A DNA stretch of 7,870 bases from a virus (lineage: Duplodnaviria; Heunggongvirae; Uroviricota; Caudoviricetes). Shown here piece by piece: positions 6,499 through 7,870 of this stretch. The notes below the pieces were generated by a model. That model saw only the letters and a program-made list of their open reading frames with translations, searched no databases and was not told the DNA's origin. The stretch is taken from IMG/VR virus record IMGVR_UViG_2534681697_000021; one strand, given 5' to 3'. How positions within the stretch are numbered: the first letter of the stretch is position 1; each line of letters begins with the position of its first letter. The position numbers and the translations under genes are program-made.

Positions 6499-7649
6499 TT
6501 CTTGGATTCGGAAATAACGTTGTTTCAGCACTGGCTGGTGATATTACGACGATTCAGACTGATATTCCGGTGATGCCGGGCACGGGAGCTAAATTTGCAA
6601 AATTGCTTTCTGCCGATTTTGAAAATAAATCGAACGGGCAACGCGTCTATGCAAAAATTACGCTTACCGATAATAAAGAGTCTGCATTTGAGATTTGTCA
6701 CCTGGTATCGGTAAGCGGTGATGTGCTGAAAGTCATTCGTGGGCAGGAAGGAACAACCGCGAAAGGTTGGTCCCTTAATGACGTTGTGGCTAACTTTGCC
6801 ACGCGTGGATCGGAAAACTATTTCGTACAGATAGCGCAGCTTCAGAGCGGTCATTATATTGCGGGTGTTGCTGGTGGCACTGCAAACACACTGACGCTGG
6901 AACTTCCCTCGACGTTTTTTGTTAATGAGGGTACAGATTGGACGCTACGAACCCCGATTATCGTTTTCCCCGTTCAGAACAATACCAACGCGGCGACACT
7001 TCAACTAACACTAGGCGGAAAGGTTCTTGGTACGCTCCCACTTTATAAGGGGAACAAGTCCGAGCTGGTGGCGAATGATATCATTAAGGGTATTCCTTTT
7101 ATTTGCCTTCTTGATAGCGAGAAAAGCTATTTCAGCGTGATAAACCCCGGCAATATCTATTCAGATTTTGATCTGCGATATGTAAAAAAATCTGGTGATT
7201 TGATGACCGGGGAGCTGAAAATCCGTGGTGTTAATGCGCTGAGGATTTTCAACGAAGCATTTGGTCTGATTTTTCGTCGTTCGGAAGAGTGCCTGCACCT
7301 TATCCCTACCAGTGAAGGTCAGGGCGAGAATGGCGATATTGGCCCCCTGCGCCCGTTCACCATTAATTTGCGGACGGGTGAAATATCCATGTCGCATAAA
7401 GTGTCTGTTGGCGGTGGTTCGCAGGTCAATGGTGCGCTGGGTATCGGCGTTCAGAACGCCCTGGGCGGAAACTCAATTGCTTTCGGGGATAACGATACAG
7501 GTATAAAACAAAACGGCGACGGCATTCTGGATGTTTATGCGAATGGACAGCATGTATTTCGTTTCCAGAATGGTGTGGCGATAGCGTTAAAAAATATTCA
7601 GGCCGGAAATGCTAAAAAATTCACGTTATCTGAGGTGTACTGGCAATAG
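6495..7649 (+). CDS. phage tail fibre protein, C-terminally truncated by IS600 insertion (384 aa as read)
   Basis: Translationally coupled start (ATGA). Tail-fibre-like Gly/Asn/Thr-rich sequence with ...KKSGDLMTGELKI.... The last 5 codons and the stop (EVYWQ*) are read from the IS600 terminus starting at 7631, so the native C-terminus is missing. Confidence 0.6.
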   Translation: MILGFGNNVVSALAGDITTIQTDIPVMPGTGAKFAKLLSADFENKSNGQRVYAKITLTDNKESAFEICHLVSVSGDVLKVIRGQEGTTAKGWSLNDVVANFATRGSENYFVQIAQLQSGHYIAGVAGGTANTLTLELPSTFFVNEGTDWTLRTPIIVFPVQNNTNAATLQLTLGGKVLGTLPLYKGNKSELVANDIIKGIPFICLLDSEKSYFSVINPGNIYSDFDLRYVKKSGDLMTGELKIRGVNALRIFNEAFGLIFRRSEECLHLIPTSEGQGENGDIGPLRPFTINLRTGEISMSHKVSVGGGSQVNGALGIGVQNALGGNSIAFGDNDTGIKQNGDGILDVYANGQHVFRFQNGVAIALKNIQAGNAKKFTLSEVYWQ

Positions 7650-7870
7650 CGGACACTACCATTTGTTCTTTTTTTAAGCAGCCATCTGATGATATTTTTC
7701 CCTGAAGGCTGCCGGGGAGATATTCCCCAGACGAGAGTGACGACGCTGACGATTGTAGAAAATCTCAATGTATTCCCGTATTACTGAGATGGCTTCATCC
7801 CGGTTATTAAAACGATAGTGGCTCAGGCTCTCATTTTTCAGCGTTCCCCAGAAGCTTTCCATCGGAGCGT
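7631..7870 (-). mobile_element. IS600, second copy in inverted orientation, partial (runs off the window)
   Basis: The reverse complement of 7631-7870 matches the right 240 bp of the first copy (4515-4754) by eye, including the OrfB C-terminus and terminal repeat. Confidence 0.85.
7674..7870 (-). CDS. IS600 transposase OrfB, 3' portion (partial at window edge)
   Basis: Minus-strand translation ...[62 protein letters not shown] is identical to the C-terminus of the OrfB at 3893-4711. The gene continues beyond position 7870. Confidence 0.85.
   Translation of the reverse strand, partial: APMESFWGTLKNESLSHYRFNNRDEAISVIREYIEIFYNRQRRHSRLGNISPAAFREKYHQMAA

Noticed and set aside
6277-7506. ORFs 6277-6531 (-), 6525-6854 (-), 7161-7397 (-) and 7312-7506 (+)
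   Set aside because: Shadow ORFs wholly inside the tail genes, with odd composition (Arg/Cys/Phe-rich) and no SD sites.
4755-7630. IS600-mediated inversion of the segment between the two copies as the explanation for the rearranged IS911
   Set aside because: The IS911 fragment at 4755-4999 is in the same orientation as the IS911 left end, which fits a deletion rather than an inversion. Future inversion remains possible.
1-7870. CRISPR arrays, tRNA or rRNA genes
   Set aside because: No regularly spaced direct repeats and no tRNA-like T-arm motifs (for example GGTTCGAATCC) were found by eye.

Overview
Read by eye, with no database search; family names are recalled from protein motifs and should be confirmed. 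The window looks like an Escherichia/Shigella-type accessory region with three parts. (1) Positions 1-3280: an AT-rich, phage-like cluster of small ORFs (60-130 aa), all on the + strand, with strong Shine-Dalgarno sites and abutting or overlapping start/stop codons. Only one has a recognisable family (a minimal HNH endonuclease); the rest are unknown. This part also holds a ~460-bp non-coding stretch with an intrinsic terminator and an 86-bp inverted-repeat structure, plus a gene apparently broken by an in-frame stop and a G5 frameshift. It is the best candidate for an undescribed system, but I cannot assign it a function. (2) Positions 3283-4999: an IS911 remnant carrying a complete 1264-bp IS600 (IS3 family, OrfA/OrfB, A7G -1 frameshift site), with an internal IS911 deletion at the right junction and a 3' truncation. 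(3) Positions 5000-7630: a Mu/P2-like prophage tail module remnant (baseplate-J-like fragment, gp48/gpI-position protein, tail fibre), cut at the 5' end by the IS911 remnant and at the 3' end by a second, inverted IS600 copy that runs off the window. No tRNA, rRNA or CRISPR array was seen.
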